This document shows positions 8,651 to 18,044 of a stretch of DNA of 50,142 nucleotides, one piece after another. Each line of letters starts with the position of its first letter. Position 1 is the stretch's first letter. Position numbers and translations under genes: made by a program. The notes under the pieces are model-generated. The model saw only the letters and a program-made list of their open reading frames with translations, did not search any database and was not told where the DNA came from. Source of the stretch: Candidatus Omnitrophota bacterium. GTDB lineage: Bacteria; Omnitrophota; Gorgyraeia; Tantalellales; Tantalellaceae. The stretch is taken from positions 1-50,142 of the forward strand of contig JAHJBY010000043.1 in assembly GCA_018813285.1 (NCBI GenBank), given 5' to 3'.

Positions 8651-8760
8651 TACATTCGGCGGCGCTAATCCCCGCCCGCCGTTTACGGCGGGGACACATA
8701 TGAGCCGCCTCAGTATGAATTCCTCCCCGGGAACCCTGGGCTTCAGCCCGTGGAGTTGAA
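8651..8760 (+). mobile_element. Structured intergenic element with IS200/IS605-end-like hairpins (possible non-autonomous PATE or ncRNA)
   Basis: Nested stems GGCGGC/GCCGCC enclosing TCCCCGCC...GGCGGGGA, then GGGCTTCAGCCCGTGGAG resembling IS605 subterminal palindromes. Confidence 0.4.
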
Positions 8761-8825
8761 AGGATTCATTGGAGAAAAAGGAACCTAAAATGGGGCGAGA
8801 GCCCCGAATAGCAAAGGAAGGCAAT

Positions 8826-9917
8826 ATGGCTGCTAAAGGAAAGACCGTGCCCAAAAAGAAGGTTGAAATAAAAAAGGTGGTGACAGTTATCGTTGTTCTG
8901 GCGGTTATTGTTGCCGGCGTTCTGGGGATCAAGTTTCTTACCGGCGGAATAAAACCGACGCTTGAATTTCAGAAAGGCATGGGATATTGTTCATGGTCTA
9001 AAAACAGGTATGAGGGAAAAACCTCGGAGAGTTCGCTCAAGGCGATGGAAGCGACGGGGACCGATCATACCGCCATACTGGTAACCTGGTACCAGACAAA
9101 TTGCTGGTCGGGTGACATAAGACGGTTGGGGACCACGCCCTCGGACGAGTCCCTCATATACGCCATACGAAAAGCTCACGAACTTGGCATGAAAGTCATG
9201 CTTAAGCCGCACCTGGATCTGATCGATAAGTCGGATGGCAGTTGGCGGGGAGAAATAGGCTGCCTGAAAGAAACGTCGTGGGAGAGTTGGTTCAACAATT
9301 ACACGGATTTCATAATGCATTATGTGGACATCGCTAAAAAAGAAAAGGTGGAACTTTTCTGTATCGGCAATGAACTGTCTACCGCGGCGACGACAAAAGG
9401 TTACTTTTGGAAGGTGCTTGTCAGGAAAATAAGAAAGCGATATTCCGGCCTTCTAACCTACGCGGCACACTGGGACAGATACCAGGATATACGTTTTTGG
9501 GACGTATTGGATTATGTGGGGATCAACCCGTATTTTCCGCTTTCCGAAGAAATGAACCCTACTTATGAACAGCTAAAAGACGGGTGGACGAAATGGGTCA
9601 GGGAAATGGAAGAATTTCAGGCGAGAGTGCGGAAACCCATAATTTTTCCGGAGGCCGGCTGCAACTCATGTGACGGTGCCGTCATCCGTCCATGGGAACA
9701 CACCCCCAGGCGGGAAATAAATCTTGAACTACAGGCGAATTACTACAAGGTCCTGATGGAGATCTTCTTTGAAAAAGAATGGTATTACGGCCAGTATTGG
9801 TGGTACTGGGGGACTAATCCGGATATGGGAGGGCTTTCGAATCGTTCGTTCATTCCGCAGAATAAACCGGCGGAGAAAGTCGTAAAAGAATGGTACGCTA
9901 AACGGGTCTTGCGGTAA
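8826..9917 (+). CDS. Membrane-anchored GH113-like glycoside hydrolase (putative beta-mannanase)
   Basis: ATG 8826 after AAGGAAGG; Lys-rich N-tail plus TM helix; GMKVMLKPHLD, WRGEI, IGNEL, LTYAAHWD, VGINPYFPL, FPEAG, PQNKPAE. Confidence 0.8.
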   Translation: MAAKGKTVPKKKVEIKKVVTVIVVLAVIVAGVLGIKFLTGGIKPTLEFQKGMGYCSWSKNRYEGKTSESSLKAMEATGTDHTAILVTWYQTNCWSGDIRRLGTTPSDESLIYAIRKAHELGMKVMLKPHLDLIDKSDGSWRGEIGCLKETSWESWFNNYTDFIMHYVDIAKKEKVELFCIGNELSTAATTKGYFWKVLVRKIRKRYSGLLTYAAHWDRYQDIRFWDVLDYVGINPYFPLSEEMNPTYEQLKDGWTKWVREMEEFQARVRKPIIFPEAGCNSCDGAVIRPWEHTPRREINLELQANYYKVLMEIFFEKEWYYGQYWWYWGTNPDMGGLSNRSFIPQNKPAEKVVKEWYAKRVLR

Positions 9918-9933
9918 ACCGGGAGGATTCAAC

Positions 9934-11193
9934 ATGAGAGGTTTTCTTGACAAGGAAGCCAGATTGTCAGAAAAAGAGAGACGGAATCTCAGCATTCTTG
10001 ACGCTATACGCAGGGACGAGGAGATATCCCGGGCCGATATCTCAAAATCCACCGATCTAAACATAGTTACGGTCTCTAACTACGTAAGTAAATATGTGAA
10101 AAGCAAACTTGTTTTTGAAACTGGATTAGATATTTCTTCCGGGGGCCGGAGACCGGAACTTTTGAAGCTCAATCCTGAATATTGTTACTCTATTGGCATA
10201 GATCTCGGCGCCCCGCATCTTACTTCCGAAACTTCTGTTGTTGCCGTTCTTTTAGACGTCACCGGAAAAGTGGTGGCCAGAGAGCGGGTAAAGAAAGAGA
10301 AAGAATCTTTTGAAAAATTATCCGCGCGGGTACTTGATATGGCTCACGTTCTTGTTGAAAATGCCGGCATTTCGTCTTCAAGTATCCAGGGTATCGGGGT
10401 CGGTATATGGGGTGTTATCGATCGCTATCGCGGCATGGTGAGATACGCTGTGGAGGATGAAAGCATAGTAAGTTATACCGGCCTGTTGGATCAATTGGAA
10501 AGTAGTTTCGGAGTGCCGACTATTATTGAACACGACGCGACACTGGCGGCGTTCGGCGAAAAGTGGTCCGGTGCCGGCGCGATCTCGAGTGCCGATAATC
10601 TTATTTTTATGTGTTCCGATTCAAGCTGCGGTCTTGTGATAAAGGGAGAACTTTACTATGGTGCTTCGAAAAGCGCCGGAGAATTAAATTTAAGCCCCCC
10701 GAGACCGGACGCTCAGGCCGAGCCGGACAGATGTTGGGCGAGTTATAACTATGCCTGCTGTATGCGTTCAAGAGGGCTGGATCTGGGTATTCCCGGCAGG
10801 GTCAGGGAGTATATAGAAAAAAATAGTGATAACGGCGGAGCAATACTTAAGGTTGCGCGGGGGGATACCGGGAACATTGAACTTAAGGCGGTTGTCGCGG
10901 CCGCCGTCTGCGGTGACGGTGCCGCGAGGAAGATCATAGAAGACGCGGGGGAATATTTGGGCACCAAGATAGCTTTTTTGGTGAACTTATTTAATCCGGA
11001 AGTTGTTGTTATAGGCAGAGGGATTGAAGTCGCGGGTGACATGTTTTTTTCAGCTGTAAGAAAATCCGTGCGTCGGTGGGCGTACGAGGAATCCGTTAAG
11101 GTGGCCAAGATATTGCCGGCCTCACTTGGAGAAGAGGCGGTGGCCGTGGGGGCAGCCGCGCTTGTTACGCAAGATTTCTTCGCGAAGATTTAA
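9934..11193 (+). CDS. ROK family transcriptional regulator (NagC/XylR-like)
   Basis: N-terminal HTH (ISRADIS...TVS), GGRRP, IGIDLG, EHDA..AAFGE, AGEL, LVNLFNPE. Confidence 0.92.
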   Translation: MRGFLDKEARLSEKERRNLSILDAIRRDEEISRADISKSTDLNIVTVSNYVSKYVKSKLVFETGLDISSGGRRPELLKLNPEYCYSIGIDLGAPHLTSETSVVAVLLDVTGKVVARERVKKEKESFEKLSARVLDMAHVLVENAGISSSSIQGIGVGIWGVIDRYRGMVRYAVEDESIVSYTGLLDQLESSFGVPTIIEHDATLAAFGEKWSGAGAISSADNLIFMCSDSSCGLVIKGELYYGASKSAGELNLSPPRPDAQAEPDRCWASYNYACCMRSRGLDLGIPGRVREYIEKNSDNGGAILKVARGDTGNIELKAVVAAAVCGDGAARKIIEDAGEYLGTKIAFLVNLFNPEVVVIGRGIEVAGDMFFSAVRKSVRRWAYEESVKVAKILPASLGEEAVAVGAAALVTQDFFAKI

Positions 11194-11231
11194 CCAGTGG
11201 CATTGGTCGATCGAAATAGAGAGAAGCGTTC

Positions 11232-12464
11232 ATGAGTTTCAAAAGGATCGTCTCAATATTAGTTGTTGTCGGGTACGCTTTGACCTGTGCCGGGTGTGGC
11301 GGGGCGGCCAGGAAGGATGAACTGGTCATGTGGCTCGTCAGTTCGGAAGCCCAGGCGCGGACCATAATGGAACTTTCCGGTGAATTTACGGAGAAGACGG
11401 GAAAGAAAGTCCTGTGCCAGGCGATCTCGTGGAACAACGCCCACAGTAAATATCTCACGTCTATCGCGGGCGGTGTTACACCGGATATCGGTACGATGGG
11501 GCTGACCTGGGGGATAGAGTTCGGCGAACTGGGCGCTATGGTGGATCTTAACGCGGCGTTTCCGGAAGATATTTCAGAACTTTCGAAAAAGAATTTTCCA
11601 GGCATAGTGGAATCCACAAAGGTAGGCAATAAGGTGTATGGTGTCCCGCTGGACATGTCGGAACACATCATGTTTTACAGGACAGATATTATCCCCACGC
11701 CACCGGCGGACTGGGATGAGTTGATGACCCTTCTTAAAAAACTGAGGCGAGAGGGACGGGGCATGATCCTGGATTGGGGTTCTTTGCAATGGATAAAGTT
11801 TGCGCCTTTTTTGTGGCAGGCGGGGGGGGACTTTTTCAACAGTGATTATACGAGCGTCACGATCGATAAACCGGCGGCTGTTACCGCGCTTACTTATTTC
11901 GGACAATTGTACGCTAACGGGGTGTCCAGGACAACGGTTCCGTTGGAGCAGGGAATGCGGACCGGAGACTATCCGCTGGCTATATCGGGCAACTGGAAGA
12001 TCATCAGCTTGATGTTAGGAGCTCCTGAAATAAAAGGAAAATGGGCGATCGCGATGCTCCCACGCGGGCTCTCCGGCAAGCGGACAGCGTTCATCGGCGG
12101 AAGAGTAATGGGAGTATTTTCCGCGTCCACCATGAAAAACGAAGCGTGGGAGTTCATAAAGTTCCTTTCCCGTCCCGACATTCAGACAAAATTATATGAA
12201 GCCTCTCTTGAGACGGAAGATTCTTACTTACCTCCTAATATGGACACGTGGAGAACTCTGCCGATGGATGAGAAATTCAAAAAAATTCTTGAAAATCAGG
12301 CAAAGGATGCCAAAGGTCCGCCGCCTGTTCTTGGCTGGGATTCGGTGACGCGGTTCGTGAATCACGCGATACAGATGGTTGTGTTTAAAAGGGCCGATCC
12401 GGCAGTGGAGCTCAAAAAAGCGGCTTCCGAGATAAGAATAGAACTAAGCAAAAAGCGAAGATAG
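11232..12464 (+). CDS. Sugar ABC transporter substrate-binding lipoprotein
   Basis: Lipobox CAGC; PDI, YGVP, MFYRTD, P.DWDEL and AWEFIKFL motifs of family-1 SBPs. Confidence 0.9.
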   Translation: MSFKRIVSILVVVGYALTCAGCGGAARKDELVMWLVSSEAQARTIMELSGEFTEKTGKKVLCQAISWNNAHSKYLTSIAGGVTPDIGTMGLTWGIEFGELGAMVDLNAAFPEDISELSKKNFPGIVESTKVGNKVYGVPLDMSEHIMFYRTDIIPTPPADWDELMTLLKKLRREGRGMILDWGSLQWIKFAPFLWQAGGDFFNSDYTSVTIDKPAAVTALTYFGQLYANGVSRTTVPLEQGMRTGDYPLAISGNWKIISLMLGAPEIKGKWAIAMLPRGLSGKRTAFIGGRVMGVFSASTMKNEAWEFIKFLSRPDIQTKLYEASLETEDSYLPPNMDTWRTLPMDEKFKKILENQAKDAKGPPPVLGWDSVTRFVNHAIQMVVFKRADPAVELKKAASEIRIELSKKRR

Positions 12465-12476
12465 ACAGGAGTAAAA

Positions 12477-13400
12477 ATGGCGAACGAAACAGTTTTCAAA
12501 CGATATAAAGGAAACCCGATAATCACGGCGGCGGCTGTTCCGCGCGCGAACAGCATACACAATAGCGCTATAGTGACGTTCGAGGATGGGTACGCCGGGA
12601 TCTTTCGCGTAGATGAGATCGATTTCAATTTCACTATGCATGTGGGAATGAGTAAAGACGGCATCAACTGGAAGATCGACCCTGAGGCGCTAAAAATGGA
12701 GTGTGATGATCCCGAAATCCCGATCGATGAGCGCGCCTATGACCCTCGATTGACAAAGATAGATGATACATACTATTTCACGTGGTGTATCGATTCCAGG
12801 CAGGGACCGTGTATCGGGTTTGCGACCACGAAAGATTTCAAGTCTTTCAAACAGATGGAGAATATCACCATTCCGTCCAACAGGAACTGTGTCATATTCC
12901 CGCGCAGGATCAACGGTAAATACGCTATTTTTTCACGCCCGAGTGATATGGGGCACACACCTTTTGGGCCTATGTTCTATTCGACGAGTCCGGATCTGGT
13001 TCACTGGGGATGTCACCGTTTTGTGTTTGGAACTGTTAGAAGCAGTTGGCAGTCTACGAAGATAGGCCCCGGGCCGGCGCCGATAGAGACAGATGATGGA
13101 TGGCTCCTGATCTATCACGGCGTATGGACGAGCTGTAACGGGTATCTTTATTATACCGGCGGCGCTTTGTTGGATAAGGAAAAACCATGGAAAGTCCTCT
13201 ACAGGACCAGAGATTATCTTCTTGCGCCCACCGAACTCTACGAAAGGGTAGGAGATGTACCGAACGTTGTATTTCCGAGTTCTGCCATAGTCAAAGATGG
13301 GGTCCTGCGGCTTTATTATGGATGCGCGGATACCTGTGTTTCGATAGCGGACGCGAAGCTTGATGAACTTATCAGATTTATCAAGACCCATAGTTTGTGA
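12477..13400 (+). CDS. GH130 glycoside phosphorylase (beta-1,4-mannooligosaccharide phosphorylase type)
   Basis: NPII, NSIHNSA, YDPR, NRNCVIFP, RPSD.GHTPFG, YERVGDVPNVVFP, YYGCADT. Confidence 0.9.
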   Translation: MANETVFKRYKGNPIITAAAVPRANSIHNSAIVTFEDGYAGIFRVDEIDFNFTMHVGMSKDGINWKIDPEALKMECDDPEIPIDERAYDPRLTKIDDTYYFTWCIDSRQGPCIGFATTKDFKSFKQMENITIPSNRNCVIFPRRINGKYAIFSRPSDMGHTPFGPMFYSTSPDLVHWGCHRFVFGTVRSSWQSTKIGPGPAPIETDDGWLLIYHGVWTSCNGYLYYTGGALLDKEKPWKVLYRTRDYLLAPTELYERVGDVPNVVFPSSAIVKDGVLRLYYGCADTCVSIADAKLDELIRFIKTHSL

Positions 13401-13416
13401 TCATAAATGTCAGGGG

Positions 13417-13454
13417 TATAAAAAAGCGGAGGATCTTTCCTCCGCTTTTTTATA
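13417..13454. terminator. Bidirectional intrinsic terminator
   Basis: Perfect 17-bp inverted repeat TATAAAAAAGCGGAGGA-TCTT-TCCTCCGCTTTTTTATA between convergent genes. Confidence 0.9.
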
Positions 13455-13466
13455 TCCGAGTACGTT

Positions 13467-14384
13467 TTAGAACTGAGCAGATATTTTCATAACTACTTCC
13501 TGACTGGCATCGGTATTTCTTCCCCAAAAGGTGAGGCCGTATTGAGCTTCAAATGTCAAAGACTTACCGCCCCTGGTAACCGAATAGATAATGGCTTCGG
13601 AAGCATCTTTAGGAGTCCCTTTAGTGAATTTATTCACTATCATGTCATAAATCTCCAAAAGCTCGATCGCCGGTCCGATTCGCCATATGGCGTAATCTTT
13701 TTCCGTTGAAAGGTCTCCCGTACCGTTTATACCCCATACCGCGTCGATCTCACTCTTTATGAGTAGCCAATTAGAGGGCCAGAAACCGGCTTCAACAAAA
13801 CCCGGCACTTCATCACAGACCCGCCTGTTCTTAAGCCTATAACCAAGTTCTCCTGAGACATAAAAAGGTATTTTAGTGTCAAACTTTTTACTCGCGATTA
13901 TACGCATATCCAGCGCGTCGTTGCCGGCATACAGCTCCGGAACTTTATTTTTTCCATATCCGGTGTAAAATATACCTTTGATTTGTCCGCTAAGAACGAC
14001 AGGATTCTCAAGTGCCCTCATGCGGGCGCCGACTTCCCAGCTTGTAACAGCACTGCTTGTTTTTGAATATGGTCCCCAGGAAGAAGGGCGTACGTACTCT
14101 TTGTAAGTTGAGGTCTTACCTTCAAGAGCGCCTATCAGCGTGAACCAGTCGGTGACACCGTACTCCACTTTAGGAATGAACGACCATCCCCATCCGCGGG
14201 CATCCTTTCCGGGACCGCCCATTTTACCGGGGTCTCTGTCAGAGCCAAAAGCCCATTTTTCCCAGTGATATTTCGTGTACCATTCCGCCCAAACACTATT
14301 TTTAGGCAAAGTCCATGCCCCTCCAAAGGCGAGCTGTGGTGCGATGAAACAGGCGAGTGTCAGTAGAATAATGACCTTTTTCAT
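13467..14384 (-). CDS. Putative outer-membrane beta-barrel protein (porin/transporter-like)
   Basis: Signal peptide, GAWT N-terminus, amphipathic beta-strands (VEYGVTDWFT, GELGYR), C-terminal Phe; RBS AAGGAG. Confidence 0.7.
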   Translation of the reverse strand: MKKVIILLTLACFIAPQLAFGGAWTLPKNSVWAEWYTKYHWEKWAFGSDRDPGKMGGPGKDARGWGWSFIPKVEYGVTDWFTLIGALEGKTSTYKEYVRPSSWGPYSKTSSAVTSWEVGARMRALENPVVLSGQIKGIFYTGYGKNKVPELYAGNDALDMRIIASKKFDTKIPFYVSGELGYRLKNRRVCDEVPGFVEAGFWPSNWLLIKSEIDAVWGINGTGDLSTEKDYAIWRIGPAIELLEIYDMIVNKFTKGTPKDASEAIIYSVTRGGKSLTFEAQYGLTFWGRNTDASQEVVMKISAQF

Positions 14385-14505
14385 AAGTCTCCTTTTGTTG
14401 TAGCAACAGCCTCATGCAAAACGCGTAAGGCTTTGTCGCTTCGCTGCTATGAATAACGTCAAACGTCATTTTGCGGGAGTCTTCGTAGCAACCTTATTTT
14501 GTTGA

Positions 14506-14534
14506 ATTATACCCCCCACAGAGTAACAAGTCAA
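14506..14534 (-). promoter_or_regulatory. Sigma70-type promoter for the beta-barrel gene
   Basis: Minus strand TTGACT, 17 bp spacer, TATAAT. Confidence 0.75.
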
Positions 14535-14593
14535 GGCAGTTTTAGCTCGAAATTCGAAGTTTGGGGCGATCAAAATGGGCGATCAAAATAGCG

Positions 14594-14622
14594 TTGACTT
14601 CGCTACGTTCTGACTATATCAT
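14594..14622 (+). promoter_or_regulatory. Sigma70-type promoter for the arnT-like operon
   Basis: TTGACT, 17 bp spacer, TATCAT. Confidence 0.65.
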
Positions 14623-14669
14623 ATATGGACTGTTGGGGGCGAAGAGCACAAGAGCACGAGTTGATCCTT

Positions 14670-16298
14670 ATGGCGAGACACATTACTATACTTTTGCTGA
14701 TAAGCTTGTTTTTATTCCTTTTCGGTTTGGGTAATATGGCGCTTACCGATCCCGATGAGACCTTTTATGCCCAAACGGCTAAAGAGATGGCCTCGTCCGG
14801 TGAGTGGGTGACACCGGTCATATTCGGTCAACCGCAGTTCGAAAAACCCATATTGTACTACTGGCTCATCGAGATCAGCTACAAATTTTTTGGAATAAAC
14901 GAATTTTCGGCTCGATTACCATCAGCCTTGTTCGGCATAGCCGGCATATTGGGCATATACTTTATTGCCCGGTTAATTTTCTCTCCGCTTTGCGGATTGT
15001 TATCGGGTTTCGCGATGGCTTCGTGTGTTCAGTATATCATCCTTTCCAGAGGATGTGTAACTGATATGGTGTTGACGGTTCTAATACTTTTTAGCTTTTT
15101 GTTCTTTCTGTACGGATTTTCCGGCAGATGGAAGGGGTGGTATTTGGTCTCGGCGGCCATGTGCGCTCTGGCCGTCTTAACAAAGGGACCGATAGGCCTT
15201 TTTGTCCCGGGCGTAGTTATTATGGGGTATCTTGCAAGCGGGGGAAGGTGGAAGCAGCTAAAAAAAATCCCTGTTTTCTGGAGTATCGCGATATTTCTGA
15301 TAGTGTGCATGCCATGGTACATTTTGATAACAAAGATCCATGGCAGCGGCTTTATCAATGAGTTTTTCGGTTTTAGAAATATGACGCGTTTTTTGGAGGC
15401 AGAACATCGCATCGGCAGCAGTCCTTTTTTTTACATCCCTGTTATTATTGGGGGAATTTTTCCTTGGACCTCGTTCCTGTTTTTTGGAGCATGGGCTGTT
15501 TGCAGGAAAGATCGTTTTGTTTCAGGTGTTACAGGGCATAAATTGTTCCTCTCTTTGTGGTTTTTAGTTGTATTTGTCTTTTTTTCGGTGTCCAAAACAA
15601 AGCTTGTAACATATGTCCTTCCGCTTTTCCCGGTTATAGCTATCGTTATCGCCAGATTTTGGGAGATGGCGATAACGCCTGGCAGCGGCCATAAGATGGC
15701 AAGATCCATGAACGCCGCGTACCTGATGTTTATTATACTGACATTTGCAGGATTGATCGGCAGCTATTTATTCGCGAGATATGAATATGTCGGTGCCGCA
15801 AAGTATGTCCTGTTGTGCGGCGGGATCTTTTACACGGGTATTCTTTTATCGATCTTTTTTTTCATCCGGGGAAAAAAATTATCATCATTTTTTGCGATCG
15901 TGTTATCGGTCATGCTTGTTATTGTTCCCCTGGTAAAAAGCGTACTGCCGTTTATCGAGGCGCGTGAGTCGAGTAAATATCTTGCTTTAAAGGTTAAAGA
16001 GATGGCCGGAGAAGATGAACCCGTCGGCGGTGAGTCGGACCATCGCGGGGGTGTAGCTTTTTATACGGACAGGACAGACATTGAAGACATTCATTCGTAT
16101 GAAGATCTTATCACTTTTATTTCTATGAAAAAACGGGTTTGGGGCATCATAAAGGTCAAACATTGCAAGGAGCTCGAAAAACAACGCAAAGACCTCTATA
16201 TCGAGACGGTCCTGGGCTCCGGGAAATATGTGATTATCACAAACAAACCGTATCGATCCGGGCGTGGAAACGATGAACAGCCAGAAGGCGGAAAATAA
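14670..16298 (+). CDS. arnT: ArnT/PMT-family (GT83/GT39) lipid-linked glycosyltransferase
   Basis: DPDETFYAQTAKEM, FEKPILYYWL, ARLPSALFG, LAVLTKGP and SKTKL.TYVLP motifs; many TM helices; start may be 14625. Confidence 0.85.
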   Translation: MARHITILLLISLFLFLFGLGNMALTDPDETFYAQTAKEMASSGEWVTPVIFGQPQFEKPILYYWLIEISYKFFGINEFSARLPSALFGIAGILGIYFIARLIFSPLCGLLSGFAMASCVQYIILSRGCVTDMVLTVLILFSFLFFLYGFSGRWKGWYLVSAAMCALAVLTKGPIGLFVPGVVIMGYLASGGRWKQLKKIPVFWSIAIFLIVCMPWYILITKIHGSGFINEFFGFRNMTRFLEAEHRIGSSPFFYIPVIIGGIFPWTSFLFFGAWAVCRKDRFVSGVTGHKLFLSLWFLVVFVFFSVSKTKLVTYVLPLFPVIAIVIARFWEMAITPGSGHKMARSMNAAYLMFIILTFAGLIGSYLFARYEYVGAAKYVLLCGGIFYTGILLSIFFFIRGKKLSSFFAIVLSVMLVIVPLVKSVLPFIEARESSKYLALKVKEMAGEDEPVGGESDHRGGVAFYTDRTDIEDIHSYEDLITFISMKKRVWGIIKVKHCKELEKQRKDLYIETVLGSGKYVIITNKPYRSGRGNDEQPEGGK

Positions 16299-16301
16299 AC
16301 G

Positions 16302-17024
16302 ATGGAGACCGACAAACGTCTAAGTATATCATTCGTTATGCCGATGTATAACGAGAAAGACAATATTGCCGGTACGATAGATAAGATCAGATCCGTAGCC
16401 GGCGAACTGACACATGACTATGAGATAATAGTGGTCGACGATGGGTCAACTGATGGCTGCGGAGAGGTGGTAGATCAAATCGCTGATGCCGATAATGCCA
16501 TAAGATCTTTCCGCCTGGAGCAAAACACGAAGTTCGGAGGGGCATTCGCGGAAGGTTTCCGCCGGGCGTCCCGAGACGTAATAATGTACATGGATTCGGA
16601 TATGCCCGTAAGCCTTGATCATATTAAGAGGTCATTTCCGCTTATACACGAAGCGGATATTGTTACCGGATACAGCGAGGTAAAAAAAGGTGACACATTC
16701 AGGAGAAAGGTTATTTCCGGAGTTTATAATCTAATGGTACGGGCATTATTCGGGCTTCACATCCGGGATATTAATTCCGGCTATAAGATCGTGAGACGGG
16801 CGCTGGTCGAAGACCTGGATTTTATATCTCGTAGCCCGTTCATTGATGTGGAACTTTTTTTGCACGCCAAAAAGAAGAACGCGCGGGTACAACAATTCCC
16901 GCTCATTTTCCATTCTCGTACCGCAGGCAAATCATACATTGCGCGGTTGCCGGTTATTTTTGCGACTTTTCGAGATATGATAAAGGTGAAACTGAATGAG
17001 ACGTTTAATCGTAAATGCCGATGA
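16302..17024 (+). CDS. GT2 family glycosyltransferase (polyprenyl-phosphate sugar synthase, DPM1/ArnC-like)
   Basis: VMPMYNE, VVDDGSTD, MDSD, D..SGYK. Confidence 0.88.
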   Translation: METDKRLSISFVMPMYNEKDNIAGTIDKIRSVAGELTHDYEIIVVDDGSTDGCGEVVDQIADADNAIRSFRLEQNTKFGGAFAEGFRRASRDVIMYMDSDMPVSLDHIKRSFPLIHEADIVTGYSEVKKGDTFRRKVISGVYNLMVRALFGLHIRDINSGYKIVRRALVEDLDFISRSPFIDVELFLHAKKKNARVQQFPLIFHSRTAGKSYIARLPVIFATFRDMIKVKLNETFNRKCR

Positions 17025-17823
17025 TTGCGGGTGTTCCGCCTCCGTCAACAAGGCCGTCGAAGAGTGTTATCTCGCGGGAAGGATCACCGGGGTGAGCATT
17101 ATGCCTGCCGGCGAATTTTTCCAAGAAGCTGTATCCATGTTGAAGGATCTGAAAAAGGCCGATGTTGGTGTGCATCTGGCATTGACCGGTGGGCTTCATC
17201 CATCCAGTTCTGAGACGGGCCGCCTGTCGGCGCTTCTCGGGCCGACAGGGGTTTTTGTTTCAGGTTACCCGGAGCTGGCGATGAGACATCTGTCCGGCCG
17301 GATTCGTTTGGAGCATATCTATCCTGAGCTCAGGGCACAGATCAAAAAAACCGTTGATTCAGGGCTATCGGTGACCCATCTGGACGGCCACGAACACATT
17401 CATATGTTTCCCGGTATTTTAAAAGTGCTTCTGAGATTGGCCTGTGAATTCGGTATTCCGTACATACGCGTTCCGATTGAGAACCCTGTTGTTATCACCA
17501 GATCTTTTTCGGTGGGCGATCTAATAAGATACACCTTGCTCAGAACGATCGCCGGTATAAACAGGAAACATATGAAGGGAACCGGAATCAAATACAATGA
17601 CGCGTTTTTTGGACATTTCCATTCCGGGCGCATGACTGATGATATCTTTCGTTTTATTCTTGATCACATACCGCCGGGGATAACGGAGATCGCTACCCAT
17701 CCGGATATATCACCTTCTAAGAGACCAGGCGAATTCGACATGTTGATGAACGGGGTTTGGAAGGTCCGGGCGGAAGCAATGGGGATAAAACTCGTGTCGC
17801 ACAGAGAGGCGCTCGTTTCGTGA
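16996..17823 (+). CDS. YdjC/ChbG/HpnK family carbohydrate deacetylase
   Basis: LIVNADD.G, VGVHL.LT, THLDGHEHIH, EIATHP. Confidence 0.88.
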   Translation: MRRLIVNADDCGCSASVNKAVEECYLAGRITGVSIMPAGEFFQEAVSMLKDLKKADVGVHLALTGGLHPSSSETGRLSALLGPTGVFVSGYPELAMRHLSGRIRLEHIYPELRAQIKKTVDSGLSVTHLDGHEHIHMFPGILKVLLRLACEFGIPYIRVPIENPVVITRSFSVGDLIRYTLLRTIAGINRKHMKGTGIKYNDAFFGHFHSGRMTDDIFRFILDHIPPGITEIATHPDISPSKRPGEFDMLMNGVWKVRAEAMGIKLVSHREALVS

Positions 17824-17940
17824 ATAGTGAAGGCAAGAGGCGAGAAGTGAAAAGTGAAGAGTGATGGGTGTCGCGATACGCTAAACGGAGGCGAGAGGCA
17901 AGGGTCAAGGGGCTCGTAGGGGCGGGGTTCCCCCGCCCTG
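17818..17940. repeat. Purine-rich 7-mer mosaic ending in the GTAG REP-like hairpin GTAGGGGCGGGGTTCCCCCGCCC (17916-17938)
   Basis: gtgaa/aagtg/gaggc units; GTCGCGATACGCTAAACGGAGGCGAG is the reverse complement of a module at ~24808-24833. Confidence 0.75.
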
Positions 17941-18044
17941 AAACGTCTTTGGCATTCGGTCGGGATAATAAATGTTCAAATCCTTTTATTGTTATTGGGC
18001 AAAATTTGTGATAGATTAATTTTATTGCAAAGGAAGTTGGGAGC

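Noticed and set aside
14385-14500. c-di-GMP-I riboswitch in the beta-barrel gene leader (GACAAAGCC)
   Set aside because: Lacks the GGCAAAC...GAAA...GGGACGCAAAGC architecture; only a short coincidental match.
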